Assembly (NCBI GenBank): GCA_002189035.1
Contig: CM007989.1
Span: forward strand, 930,001 to 994,000
Length of the DNA stretch: 64,000 nucleotides
Source: Utricularia gibba
Taxonomy: Eukaryota > Plantae > Magnoliophyta
Direction of reading: 5' to 3'
Shown: positions 1-13,604 of the stretch, piece by piece
Position numbering within the stretch: the stretch's first letter is position 1
Layout: each line of letters begins with the position of its first letter
The notes under the pieces: model-generated
Database searches by the model: none
What the model was told of the DNA's origin: nothing
What the model saw: only the letters and a program-made list of their open reading frames with translations
Made by a program: the position numbers and the translations under genes

Positions 1-1922
1 GCTTCTGGGAGTCCTACTGGAACTCTTTCACCAATCACGTCATCCTAAAAACACGAGATTACTCAAGATGTTACCACTCATAAAACACAGACAATGACAT
101 CTAATATTCTACCTCCGTATTGATCAACTTGATCTGCAATTGTTCATCACCTGAACAGTCGGTAAATGTTTTCTGCTGTATTGTACCGCCATTTTGAATA
201 GCATGAACAAGCTGCATGAAAAAAATACGACAAAATTAAATGCAGCAACCAGAAACACAAGGAAGCATATAAGAGTAAGGGGGTGGTACAAAAAAAACTC
301 ATGGATGTAATACAGGATGCTAAAGTAGTGGAAATAGGCATCATATTCAGGCGATTCACCTTCATGAGTTGCGAATCCTTCCAAGGACCCTTGTTAGATT
401 TTAGACAACCACCTTCATTTGCACATGAGCAGGTTCCACCCAAAAAATCTGGCAACTGACTGTAGGAGTTAGAAACATAATGTCATTCAGTCAAAGTTGG
501 AGAAATGTCACCAGAAACTGAAGTAGCTTATGCGTTCCAAAAAGACCCACCTGGCATCTATACATTCCAGTAGCTTATTCTGAAATTTATTATCTAAAAC
601 CTGAAGAGCAGTAACTGTTAAATCACGTGTGCATTTGCTCTCAGAAAGATAATGCAGCTGGAAAATAAAGTTTACTTTACATGTATTTTCGAGGTTGTCC
701 TGGGATCAAGCAACCCTTTCCCCCAATTCCACAAATGTTTAAATCCATTACCAGCATTTACAATAAACATTTGATGCAATGTCTGAAACGATGAATAGAA
801 ATAACAATGAGCCTTCTGGTTACATTTTGAAGTATAAACTTGTATTCATGAAAAAGGCAGGAATACCTCAGGATAGTTATTGCCATCAATTCTCTGAATG
901 CGCATCACAAGATCGTGGGCAACCTTTCCAAAGCTCATCCAGTTCTTTATAAGGATTACAAAGAGGATTTTAGAGCAGGTTTTAGTCCTGAAACAATGTT
1001 ATTTGTAATCTAAACTCCAACATACCAGTCCCTGTACATCAAGAATCGTCACTGATGAATTGATATGGCGCTTGGCTATTATTGAGCATGCTGGGAACTT
1101 TTCGGAGAAGAGTTTTTCAAAACCTTGGATGTGATATCTCAAGAACCGATCAACGGTGGTAACGCTCATAAGTTTACTGGGATCAACTTGGCCTATTCTT
1201 TCAATATACACAGGCCGGTTTCCTTTATCTACACCATGAAAGCCATGTGGGTAGTATCTCTGCACTCTCTCATATTCATCATAATGGAAATCCTGAGGCA
1301 TATAGCATCATGACATCAGCATTATCTACCATGCCGAAAAATCACGCATAATTATTCATACACCACCAGAAAAGGAAAGTCACAAAATACTCCAGCAAAA
1401 ATGCACATACCTGAAGGATAGTGTCCACTTGATTTTCTTTCCTCCATTTTAACATATCTACCCACATCTGCAACGTCTTATCAGGATCAAGCTTCCTTGC
1501 CTTCAAATACCTGCAGTCGCTTAAATTTCATTATTGAATTCCTAATGTACGGAAGTAATGACTTGAAAGAATACACTGAATTTCAGATGTGCATGAAGAA
1601 GATGAGAAGATAAAAGACATCTTTTTCGAAAAGACCTCAACAAGTCATGGTAATCATCGTGACTGGGAGGAAGCAAGTCCCTTTCAATCAAAGCCTCACG
1701 GAAGAAATGCACCGCATTCTCTTCCTTCTCATCTATGTGTTCTTCGGTCGAAATCGAGGCAAATCGGCAATGAAGAACCCCCTTTATGTGCTTCTCAGAA
1801 GAACGACAAGATCTTGATGCATTTGATGTCCTTCTCCTCAAGGATCTCACACGGCGTTTCCTCTTACTATCCCCCAAAATGATCTCAGGGTCAGAAGTTT
1901 TCTCTTTTTCATCATCACACAT
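1..1922 (-). CDS. SEC14/CRAL-TRIO phosphatidylinositol transfer protein (SFH9-like), 3' end runs off the window
   Basis: Spliced GT-AG exons read MCDDEKEK...[44 protein letters not shown] | [16 protein letters not shown] | [34 protein letters not shown] | [26 protein letters not shown] | [12 protein letters not shown]...KGPW. These are SEC14 hallmark motifs. ATG at 1922. Confidence 0.9.
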
Positions 1923-4519
1923 CACAGTTCTCTCTGATAATTGAAAAAGGGAAGGAAAAGAAAGCATATAAGACGAATCATGAAAAGATCACCCGATTAG
2001 GTAACACCTTTCTCGTAACAGTAACACGCGAAAACTTGCCTTGCATTATTTACCCAAGTTTCACAAATTCGACCCGCAGATTGTACGATCCTGTAAGAAA
2101 TTAGAACAAAGTAACCACGGAGAAAAGCATCAAAATAACCCAGATTGCGCGAATCCAGGAACCCAGAAACAAACAAATCAACATTGCAGGAAAAAAGGCA
2201 CAGGCACAAAACGTACACCAAGATCAAGAAAGGATTCAAAGAAATATCATCCCGCAATCGATGCAGCTTTCCCCGTTCTCACCGACAGTCAAATTTCCAA
2301 AACCCTGAAGTCAGAACCACCGACGAGGAATGAATCAATCCACAACAAGGAAATCAATCTACTCCCAAATAACAAATCTCATCCCATGACCGATCATCAT
2401 TCCTTCCCCGCTACATCCGCGACGACGAGCTCGAGATGCTTCCAAGATTCCTCACTCTTCCTTCCCCGAACACAGATCGTTGAAAAGCAAACATCTCAAT
2501 ATCTCATTCTCCTGCCAGTAAAAGCGTCGGTTTCGTCAAATCCGTCGGCGTTTCCCGGCATCGGGCGTCGACGTGTTTGGTGTTAAATCCGCGGACAAAA
2601 CGAGGAATATTGATGTGTATATATATAGTATGATGTCAGAGAGCCCGCGACGGCGTGGGGACCAATAACGACGGCGCCGGTTCTTCTGCTTCCCGTTGCG
2701 TTGGAGTTGGAGTTGACGGTGTCCCTCCACAGGAAAAATGGTAACGAATATGCCTCGTCACAATACACGAATCTAAATTATTCATAACTTGTCTACCGTT
2801 GGCATACCAAAATAAAAACAAAAAACAAAAAAATTAAATATAAAAATATCTATTTTCTGATTCTTCTAGAAACAGAAAGCATTCAAAAATAGACAGCCGA
2901 AAGGATCCATCCTTTCAGCCAGCCAAAGGAAACTTCCTTCCACCACATTCCAAGCAATTCCTGTTCAGTGTACTGTTTTAAAATTCGTTCAAAATATTAT
3001 TAAATTTATTCATGATTTCGATTTGAATCTTTTTTTAAAAAATAAACTGAATTAAATTAAATTTATTACAAAAATAGTATAAAAAATAAAAATAATTATT
3101 TTAAATTTTATAATTTCAACCTCAAGTAACACTACTTTTCTAGAACTAAATGATGACAAAGTTTTATACATAAAATATCTATTTTTTTTCACACACACAT
3201 ATACATATATATTATAAATGATCAAATTTCTAAATAATATTTTTTTAATTAGTTCCTATATCACAAAACACCATTGTTATACTAAAAAATGCATGATACA
3301 CTCGAATACAACTTTTTCATCTTATTGTACAAACATGATACCCCGGTGGGATTAAGTCGAATTAAGACTTAGGTCAAACTCATTGAAAAGTCATTAATAA
3401 AAAGAAACTCAATTTCGTCTCTGTGCCCCGGGGGTCGGCAAGAACGAGTCAAGTTTAAGTCTTCATTTCTAGATTTTTATTATAATTAATCCAATTCTTC
3501 TAGTATTCAAATATAGTTTATATTTGAATAGAAAAACTTTGATATTTTGGTAGAGTTAATTAATAAATAATCAGTTATCATATATTAGACATAGAATTTT
3601 GTAATTAAAGAATATATAATTATTACATACTTCTATTAACTATACTACTTTTTAAAAAATGACATAAATCTTTTTAAAATAGAAGGGGCAATAGGGTCTA
3701 ATGAAATCTATATATTAGATAATTTTGTGTTTCTTTTGTAAATAATGTATTAAATAAAATTTTCTTAAAATATCTAATTCATAACCTTAAATATTAATTT
3801 TCGTAGTTAATATATGTTATTTATCACAAAAATAACCAGAATTTAATACTTCACCATCAATTATTTTTGCATGTATTATCAGATTTTTAAAGAAAATGTG
3901 TGATTGGAAAAAAAAAACCACAAAACAAAGCAACGAGCTACCTAACCTAACCTGACGCATAATTGAATGATACTTTTGCAGTTACACGAGCCCAAAATTG
4001 ACTAACGACTCACTTACTTCATGACCATATTAATGATTAAAAATAGCTAGGTTATCCCTTTTCCGAATTAAATTATTTTCTAATTGCGTAAAATAACACA
4101 CATATATTAAGAGTTATTTATTCAAGGAAATTAATAAATATTATTTTATTAAAATTATTTCGAAAAATCGAGATAGTTTTAGTAACTGGCGTTTGTGGCT
4201 TGTGAGTGAATAGAAGATGAAGACGTAGCAAAAGTGATGCGCTTTTTCCCCGCGTTGACTTGGCCGTCTAGGACCGCGAAGTCGCAATAATTGGGGGGGT
4301 ATTAAAAGCTGTATCTTTCAGCATTAATTATTTAATTTCAAGGTTTACCGTGCGCGTTAAGAATCCTTTTTTTTTTTCTAATTTTTGTACTTTAATTAAG
4401 GCAATTATTAATCCACCGACTTTTACTTTTTCAACCTAATTTTTTTGTTTTATTTTATTGTCTGCAAGCACAATTTGTAATTTTGAGCCTGGTGGACTAA
4501 CACGTGTACCGTCGGCAGT

Positions 4520-4612
4520 CCCCGAATTGGGCCTGTCGTTCATTCTTCAGCCTCCTCCGGGCCGTAGACCCGTTTACATAAGGTCCGGCCCAGAAAACCG
4601 ATAGTGGGCCTT
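4520..4612. promoter_or_regulatory. Cluster of site II (TGGGCY/GGCCCA) elements upstream of RAD21
   Basis: TTGGGCC, GGCCCA and GTGGGCC lie within about 90 bp; a telo-box (TTAGGGTTT) follows at 5246-5254. Site II plus telo-box is the known module of plant cell-cycle and housekeeping promoters. Confidence 0.5.
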
Positions 4613-5492
4613 TATTTTCGTCTATTTGTGATAAATGGATAATATCAATATTTTTAAAATGAATTTGATAATATTTTAAAATATAATTAAAAGAATGTAT
4701 GTGTAATAATAACCGTAACCCAATTTTGGAGGCGATATAAGTAGATGACTGTTATAACAGGAAGGTATAAATAGAGCATGGAGACCCAATTTGAAATAAA
4801 ATTGCCCCGAGTCTGCTGGCGCTTGCTGTATCGTTGATTTGGCAGCCGTACTGCAAATCCCACCGTCCGTCGTCTTGAATGATTGACTTCCGCTTCGCAA
4901 GTTCCGATACCACTTTTTTTAAAAACAACCAGAACTCGCCGGGTTTCTTTTTCTCGTCCCGGATTTCTCTCCGCAGTGTTCTGCTCACGGCACGCTCACT
5001 CGCCGGATTCTCTCTCCTTGCTCGTGGAGCTGTAGGGTTGTTGTGAACTGGCTTCGGATTGTGCTTGCACTTGTCGTCTTGTTTTGAGATGAGGCCACCT
5101 CGAATCGGATGGGGTTTGCGCGGTTCTACTTCCGGGCTTTTGTTGGTTTGAGCTGAATTGCGCAATTAGGGAGCTTTCTTTAGTCAAGTTTGGTGGTGGA
5201 AAGCTCAGGTTATGCTCTTGGGTTGCTTTTCATTTAAAGCTGGAATTAGGGTTTGGAGTTTGGGGGTTCCACCATGAGAATGTGAACGCTTCTGATTGTT
5301 GTCTAGGTGTTAGGCGTGGTTCATCGAGAGGTGAGAAATTCAGTACCTTTCTTCTGTGGGGAAGGTATTGTGTTGGGTTTGACGATGGGTGCTTGGAAAG
5401 GATGGGCGAAGAGTGATTGAGGCGGCTTTAGGTTTTCTTGCCTTGCAGAATTCTTCAAGTCTTGTTTCTTAGTAAGGAACTGGATCTGCAAA

Positions 5493-8400
5493 ATGTTTTA
5501 CTCCCAATTTATACTAGCAAAAAAGGGTCCCTTGGGGACAATCTGGATAGCAGCGCATTTGGAGAGGAAGCTTCGAAAGAATCAGGTGGCTGATACAGAC
5601 ATTGGGGACTCTGTAGGTAAGTTTCAAAACCTTTTTTAATGAGACTCATCTGGCGTATTCAATCATTTTTTAGTAGTTTTTTGTAGCCTTGAATGGTTAA
5701 GAAATAATGCGTAGGTAGTGTTTATGGAATGCATGATGGTTGTCCTGACAGATTTGCACGGTTCAGCGTGTTAGGTTTTAGGCAACAGCTGAAGAATTTG
5801 TCATTGTATCTCCAAAGCTTTCAGTTTATCATGATTGAGGATTTATTGGTTCCTAAATGAGTAGATTTGGGGTTTTCCAAAGAATTCCCTGGCCTTCCGT
5901 CAAATATTCTGCTTTTTTCTGGATACTTGGGTTCAAATACCCATGGATATGCAGTTTGTTTACTGGCTTCATATAATTCAGAAAACTCGTTTTTCCCATG
6001 AGATTTACCAAAATTTGTAACTTTTTTCCCTTGACTTTGGCTCTGTGAAAAATACTGTTCTTGGTGTAACACATATCTGTTCTTTTTCAGACTCTATTCT
6101 GTCTCCTGATGTCCCCATTGCACTTCGATTATCCAGTCACCTCCTTCTTGGTGTGGTCAGAATTTATTCCAGAAAGGTGAATTACCTCTTTGATGACTGC
6201 AGCGAGGCTTTGCTTAAAATTAAGCAAGCTTTCCGCTCAGCCGCAGTGGATTTACCGCCTGAACAATCAAAGGCACCATATCACTCAATCACCATGCCCG
6301 AAACATTTGATCTTGATGATTTCGAACTGCCAGACAATGACATTCTACAGGGGTTAGTTTGAACACGTTATGGCCAATCAGTAATCCTGTATGATAATTT
6401 TTAGTCAATCAAACTTGAATGCCAGGAACAGATCACTCTGCTTTTCAGGTTAGTTCTATAACTAATAAAATTCTGTTCATCTTATACAGAAACTTTGTGG
6501 ATCATCATATCAGTTCGAGAGAACAAATAACCCTTCAGGATACGATGGAGGGTGTCAGTTACTCCACATCAAAATTTGGACTGGATGGTTGGTTTCTTTC
6601 CTGCATCTCGGATTTTAAGAAGTTACGTATGTTGTTTTTTTGGTTGTATTTGAGAAAAATCTGGGAAAAGTAAGTGAAATCATAATTTGAACCTTTTTTT
6701 GCAATTATCCATGATGCTGAGTGCACTCGATTGCTCTGGGATGAGGTTTTGATAATCATCCTTTATACAAGGAAACTGCGTGTAAACTTAATTTTTGTGT
6801 GTTTTCTGTTGTGGGATGAGGTGGTGTATCCTTCGAAAAAATATTGTGTAATAGGAAGGCTTTTATAAAGCGATCATTTTCTTTTTATTATATTCGTTTT
6901 CTGTACGGTGAATAGATTTTCTCATTATTTGAGTTCTTTTCCGTCTGGCCCATGAAATGCCTAGACATGATCTAACATTTTTGGTACTTCTCTCAGAGAG
7001 ATTTGGTGATGGAGATACTTCTTTGCTTGATCTTGATGAGGTAACGTTTCAAATATTTTAATAAAGAAATATTATGATAATTGGAAAGAAACGGAAGCTT
7101 GATATAGTGGATTACAAAATGGATAGGGATCGACCGTGCCAGATTTTTCCTGTTTCTGGCAAATTCAATTTTCTCTTTTCGTCTTAGTTGTGTTATTTCC
7201 AATTTTCTGGCATCCGTATGGTGGATGTATGTATTAACTGGTGTCTGAAGTGGTTCAAGCTCTGTTCCAAATTGTATGCAGGACTTACTGTTAGAAGACA
7301 GCCGGGTATCAGAATCTGCAAATCATGGGTAATTTGTGTGCTTATATTTTTGAAATAGTCAATCGTTGAATGTGCTATTTTAATTCTAAGTAGCCGGGTT
7401 ATGTATCCTGGCTTTTAATGAACTGTTGCTCCAATCTTCACCTCTTCCATCATTGCAGTGATGTTGGACCCTCAATTGCTTTCATCAAGCAAGATGAGCT
7501 TTCTGAAACGGCATACATGAGTTCAGAAACCATGGTATTTGTATAGAGCATATAAGCTAATTACTAGTCCATCATCATGGCTTACTCGTGAGGCATTGTC
7601 CCAATGTATCTCATATCAAGCACGAGTCATCTGATATGTAGTCTTTGCTTGCAGGTTAATAGACTTGATAATTTATTTGACTATGCTCAGGCCCCTTCTA
7701 CCCCTGGGCTTGTTGAAGAGCCAAACCTTCCCAAGACTTCTGCTTCTGGTTCTGATGAACACCTGGAATCTGAGTACCACTTAATGGAATGTACCGTAGC
7801 CCAAAATGCAAATGAAAGTGCTAATGGGCATAAGCACGAGGCAGATTGGTGTTCTCGTGATCTTCTAAATCCTGATCTTGCACCTGATGTGCTAAATGAT
7901 GAGAACGCCTTCAATGCAAAAGCTCACAGAGAAGGGGTAAAGACTTCCGTGGAGGATACAGCGTTTGAATTTAAGATCATTAATGAACCATCAAGTGAAG
8001 CCGATGCCCCTCCTGAGAATCAGATCATGGAAGAGTTTGAAAAAAAAGCTTCTGATGAAGATAAGAACAATAGTTTATCTGATAGTCACTTTGATGAAAA
8101 AAATAACCTTGGAAAAAGTGGTCATGAAAGTCATGATGTAGAAATTGCAATGAATAAACCCAATGATGGTACAAATGAATTGCCATCACATAATGTGGAA
8201 ACTGAGGGTTACCTTAGGGATATTGTTGAGTGTAATGTACGTGAAATGGAGGATTCAACTGGAACTCCGGTTGTTGGACCTTCCAATACCACCAATGGAC
8301 ATTCTGGTCAAAGAATGCCTGATTGTGATGCATATCTGGATGTTTATGCACAGTTTGATGCTGCTGTATTAAAGAGTTCTGGAAAAGAAGATCCTGCAAA

Positions 8401-11400
8401 ACTAGGTTAGTTGTTTTTTACTGGAAAATTTCACTGGCCTAGTTGGTAGACACTGCATATCTTATTCTGATCCCCTGCTAATGTGTCTCAAATGGCACCC
8501 CACTTTATTTGGTTATGTTTATGCAGCTGTGCATGCTGTGTGTGTCAAATGTTTCTAAGTACTCCAGGTCCTTTTTTTGAACAGCGGAAGTAAGCAGTTT
8601 ATCTGAAACTTCAAAAAGCATTGTTGGGGAAAATCATGCAGAACTCCTTGAACCTGAGAAACTGATGTCTGCATCAGAAGGAAACCTAGTTAATATTAGG
8701 CATGTACCTATAGATGGTAGCCCTGCAGAACTTGTGGGGTTTGTGGAAGCTGATGATGGGAGCAAAGTCATCACAGGCAAGAAGCGTAGTTTTACCGAGA
8801 GTACGCTAACTGAGCAGAGCTTGAATGCTACTGAATCATCCAGGCTAGTGCGATGCAAACAGATGTCTGTCCCTGATGATGATGATTTGTTATCCTCAAT
8901 TTTGGGTATGTGTTCCTTGTCGTATTTGAGATTTACTTTGTTATTGAATCATATTTGACTTGATGCCATTACCTTAGTTGGACGATCTTCGGCTTTGAAA
9001 GTCAAAACAACACCTCGCTTGTTTGAGGTGACATCTGAGAAACGGACTCATGCTGCCCTACGCAGTGGTGCATTCAAAAGAAAAGTACTTATGGATGATA
9101 CGATGGTTTTGCACGGAGAGTATGGTCTTTTCTTCTAAGCTTATTTATTTACAAATACTTAGGCTCCTTTTACTTCAGATTGTTCGTTAATTTTTCACGG
9201 ATCACGTAGTTATTTACTCGTGGGATGACATATAATTATTGTTCTTTATGTTCGTTAATTTTCCAGATTGGGCTTGATATTTTTGTTTTGACTTCTTTAT
9301 GGTTGATAGCATGATACGCCAACAGCTAGTGGACACAGAAGACATACACCGTGTCAGAAAAAAAGCTCCTTGTTCATGTGCTGAGATTTCAATGATTCAG
9401 AGACAATATTTGGAGGATGAAATTTTTCTTGAACCAGTATTTAGTGGTTAGTTTCTTGGTTCATGTATTCCACACCGTTAATCTTTTTGCTTCCTTAGTC
9501 TGTCTATCCAAAGATGATCTTTATCTTTCGGCTTTGTGTATGATCCTTTGGCTACACTCATTCATAGTCTGTCTGCATAACAATGTGGCATCTATTAGCA
9601 TTTATTAGACTGATGATACTAAAGTGGTTATGGTTATTTACTTATTGGTAGCATGGATGATTTTGTTTACTTCCATCTCTTTCCTGCCCAGGCGTGTCAA
9701 ATGATTTGGCAAGTTTGCATCGTCATCCTTTTGATTTGAGTGGAATCAAAGTGTGCAAAAGTGATCAGGATGGAGCATCGATGACAGTTGCTGATGGTCA
9801 AAATAGGCTTTCTCTTGATAATCACATAAAACAAGATGAATCCAGTGAATTTGCAGCCGCTGTATATGCGTCATCTCAGGATGCAGAAAATATCAGGATG
9901 CTTGAGGTAGAAGATAGTGATAGTTGTAGACGACTTGACATTGCGGAACAGAGAAAAGAATGTGATACCATCGATCCTTCGCTGGAAAGGACTGAGCCTG
10001 ATGATGCATGTGAAAACGATACTAGCAATAAAGAGACAATGGAAACTGCAAATATTCTTGTGGCGCCTTTGCTAGATACAACGGCTGGGATTGTAACAAG
10101 TCAAAGAAATGAGGACGATGGAGCAAGTTCTTCTTTTGTAATAGATGCTCTCAATGGGCAAGCTATTAATGATGATGACCTAGAAGGGAAGGGCAGCGAT
10201 ATCAATGTCAATGTCGAGCCCAAGGATATTGGGGAAGATGGTCATCTCCAAGGAGGTGACCAAGATTTTGAACACACACAAACAATTTCCAGGCACGGAG
10301 ACAACTATGATACACAGAGCATGACGCCTGGCGATTTGCTGGGGGACCAAGATCCCTTTTTGTATGCAGGAAATATAGATCATAAGGAAGTTTTCAATGA
10401 TGTTGATGGAAACCAAGAACTATCTGGATCCCATTTGTACGACATGGTTAGCGCAGAAGATCTTATGCAATATCAACACGATCAGGATGTAAGTTGTTGT
10501 GGCCGAACTAAGCTATTTCTGTATCACTATCAAGATTGCTTACTAGATTTTTTGAAGTTGCTTACTAAATTTTTTCATTCTTACGGCTGTTTATCTTTTT
10601 ATGCAGGAAATGGGGGTTTCCGCTCAAATTGACACAGGTTTGTATGCTTGTTTTCTGGCTGATCAATTGTGCATCTCTTTATATCAATTGAATGGTTATA
10701 TGAAGACGTTAGAATTAAATTTTGCTGATGCCTAAGCTACGGAACTGAATACCTTCATCTATAATTTGGCATTGTAACGACTTACTAGACTCGTCTCCCA
10801 TCTGCTTTTCCTTTCAGTTTTCCCACATTATTTTTGAGCATACTGTGCTAATTCTGAGTTTCCAGAGTTCCTGAACTTGGGTGATGATGAGGAAGAGGAG
10901 GATGAGCAAGAAGGAGATGCCAAGGAATCTCTCCCAGAAGATGAAGATGCACGATTTGCTGAAAATACTGGATGGTCTTCACGTACAAGGTACCTTCTCT
11001 TCACTTGTACATCCGTATCCAGCTCTGATGTAGAGAGCATTTTTTTATGACATGCTTATTCTTTGCGTCCAGGGCTGTTTCGAAGTACCTACGAACACTA
11101 TTCATCAAAGAAGCAGAGTGTGGTCGGAATTGTGTTTCTATGGAGAACCTCTTAAGCGGTAAATCACGAAAGGAAGCATCCAGGATGTTCTTCGAAACAC
11201 TGGTAATTCCACTGTACTCTAAGTTTGTTTGGCACGCGCTTACTTGGGGTATCAGCAGGCTACACTTGCCTTGATTAAGTCTTTGATCTAATGCTCAAAT
11301 TTCAGTGTACTGTGTCCTTGATCACACTTGCTCTGCTACAGGTTCTAAAGACAAGGGACCATATTCACGTGGAGCAGCCAAATCCTTGTGGGAACATCAC

Positions 11401-11440
11401 AATCAAACCTCGCACCAGGCTAATGAAATCACACTTCTAA
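5493..11440 (+). CDS. SYN4: Cohesin kleisin RAD21 (sister chromatid cohesion 1 protein 4-like), about 15 exons
   Basis: N-terminus [29 protein letters not shown] | [31 protein letters not shown]. Also [27 protein letters not shown], and C-terminal [26 protein letters not shown], ending TAA at 11438-11440. Confidence 0.95.
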
Positions 11441-11751
11441 ATCACAGTTTCAGAAGCAACTTGACTCATTTGCCTTTTCGACAGAGGTTTGAAGTGAAGT
11501 GCAGAGCCCTTGGCCCCCCACCAATTTGTAACACCATAATTACTACGCACCCCTGCTTGTAAGTGTAATTGTTATTGTTATTGTACCACCCCCACTGTGA
11601 ATAGGCTTTGTGAACCTTCTCCAGTTATTTAGTTTTTTAGCAACTCCTGATATTTGTCAAATACAAGTAGTTAACTCAAACAGCATTACATCCCTCGGCA
11701 GCGGTATTAAAAAAAAAAAAACTCGTCGACAGTGAAATCTGAATGTTAAGA

Positions 11752-13103
11752 TCATATGGTGACTTGTCTATCAAAAATCCAGCTGAAAGAAACAGAGGTT
11801 GCTACTTTTTTAGCCCTTGCCCGTGCCCGCTCATCAAGCTGTCTAATTCTTGGAGCTAGCCCACAGAGGTAATCCTGTGCTTTGGCTCCGTCTCCTGATA
11901 AACCAGTCAGCTTCTCAACTCCCCATCTTGCTACCAGGAACTCCAAAATATCAGCATAGTCCTTGGAAGTGTAAACTCCCAGCTGCTGTGCCACAGCAGC
12001 GTAATGTTCAAACAAATTCTCATCCCTCCCATCATACATGAGATGAGCAGGCATTGTGATTTTCTTCCTCATCATGTCAGCAAGGCATAAAACTGTGCCG
12101 TTGGGATCCATCTCAAACAGCTTCTCAACTATTTTAATGTACGCCGTTTCATGCCTCTTCTCATCTGCCGCAATGGTGCCACATATCTTTGCTAAAGTCA
12201 GATCTCCATGATGCTTAGCAAGCCTGGCTGTGTTTCCATGAGATACGAATGTCGCCCTTTCTTGAAAGGATGTGTAGATGAATCCAAGATACGGGTTGTT
12301 CTCAGTACCAGGGTCCTGTCATTTCATAAAAAGATGTCAGCATAAACAAAACAATGAACAACCAAGATGATGTTTTTCAATCAACTCACCATTCCTGCAC
12401 CTATGAGGTACTGTACAGTTCTCTCGATCTGCTTCATGTCAACCCGGCCAGAAAGATACAGATACTTGTTGAGCAGATCCCCATGGCGATTCTCTTCAGC
12501 AGTCCATGCCCGAGTCCATACGGCCCATGGAGTGAGACTAGCACCAGTTTCATCTTGAACCGCATCAAGGGTATTGATCATAGTCTGATAAGTAGGAAGT
12601 GCTTCTTCAGTGATCATATCTCCAACCAAAACCACTAAATATTCATCTGGGATTTCATTGCATCTTTCCCTCAGTTCCTTGATCTCATCATAGAACCCCT
12701 CTGATTCAGAATGTGGAAGAAAATCTGCCGGCTGCCATATCTTTTCAACGTCCTTGAGGAGGACCAAGAGATTCTCTTCAGCCCAATTGTTTAACGATCT
12801 AAATAACTCCTTCTTCTCTGGTGGCATTGAATGTGTCACCTGGACGCGGGACACCTCTCTTGCAGGAAAAACGGGCTTCTTCCCATTCACACCCTCCCTG
12901 CATTCCCATTTCATTCCACATCAAAACCTACACTTACATCCAAAGAACAGAAACTGCAAGCAAAACAAACAAACGGTGAAAGAAAGTTGCCTGGGAGGAG
13001 AAGTAGCTATCGAACATGAAACCATCGCCGCTCTGTGAGATCCGGTTTTGACGTTAAGAAAAGATGGGATCTGGTGAGGTATGAAGCTCATTCTCAGCGC
13101 CAT
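11752..13103 (-). CDS. SAD: Plastid stearoyl-ACP delta-9 desaturase (SAD6/AAD1-like clade), 3 exons
   Basis: Transit peptide MALRM..., [10 protein letters not shown], and di-iron motifs [23 protein letters not shown]. Chain-length pocket residues ([18 protein letters not shown]) match C18 enzymes. Intron 1 (12899-12990) has a GC donor. Confidence 0.95.
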
Positions 13104-13289
13104 TGCTTCCCCAACGATACCAAGAAACAAGAAATGCAGAAGGCGGGGAATCAGCGACAACTGAAATCAAGACGCCACTGGACTCTGCTGAAGATCAAAG
13201 CACTGCCCACATGACAAGATCGCATCCTTATTTAAAAGCATTGGCCACCCACAGTTTCGTATTGGCGGCACAGCAAGCCGTGTTTCCAT

Positions 13290-13518
13290 TTCTGTGGGTT
13301 GAAGCTCCGATATTTCCCAGGTAGCAATATAATATATTAATAATAAATAAACAATATTTGAGTAATTTTTAAAATTTTTAATTTTTTAAAATACTAAAAA
13401 TAAAATCTTCTGTGAGTTGACCGTTGAAGCTCCGATATTTCCCAGGCAGCAAAAATAAATAATATCTGAGTTATTTTTTAAAATTTTTAATTTTTTTTAA
13501 ATACTAAAAATAGAATCC
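13290..13518. repeat. Imperfect tandem duplication, about 120 bp unit, between the CHX stop and the SAD promoter
   Basis: TTCTGTG...GTTGAAGCTCCGATATTTCCCAGG...TTTTTTAAAATTTTTAATTTTT...AAATACTAAAAATA occurs at about 13290-13407 and again at about 13408-13518. Confidence 0.8.
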
Positions 13519-13604
13519 CTCTATATGTACGAATTCAGTATACATATGCATTCTTTATTACAGTGTCACTATAACGTAGCTTTTAGTCCACGTGGCCAGA
13601 TGAC

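Noticed and set aside
115-215. Possible tenth 1-nt deletion in a SEC14 exon near 140
   Set aside because: The region is poorly conserved and the gene is cut by the window edge, so the correct frame cannot be established.
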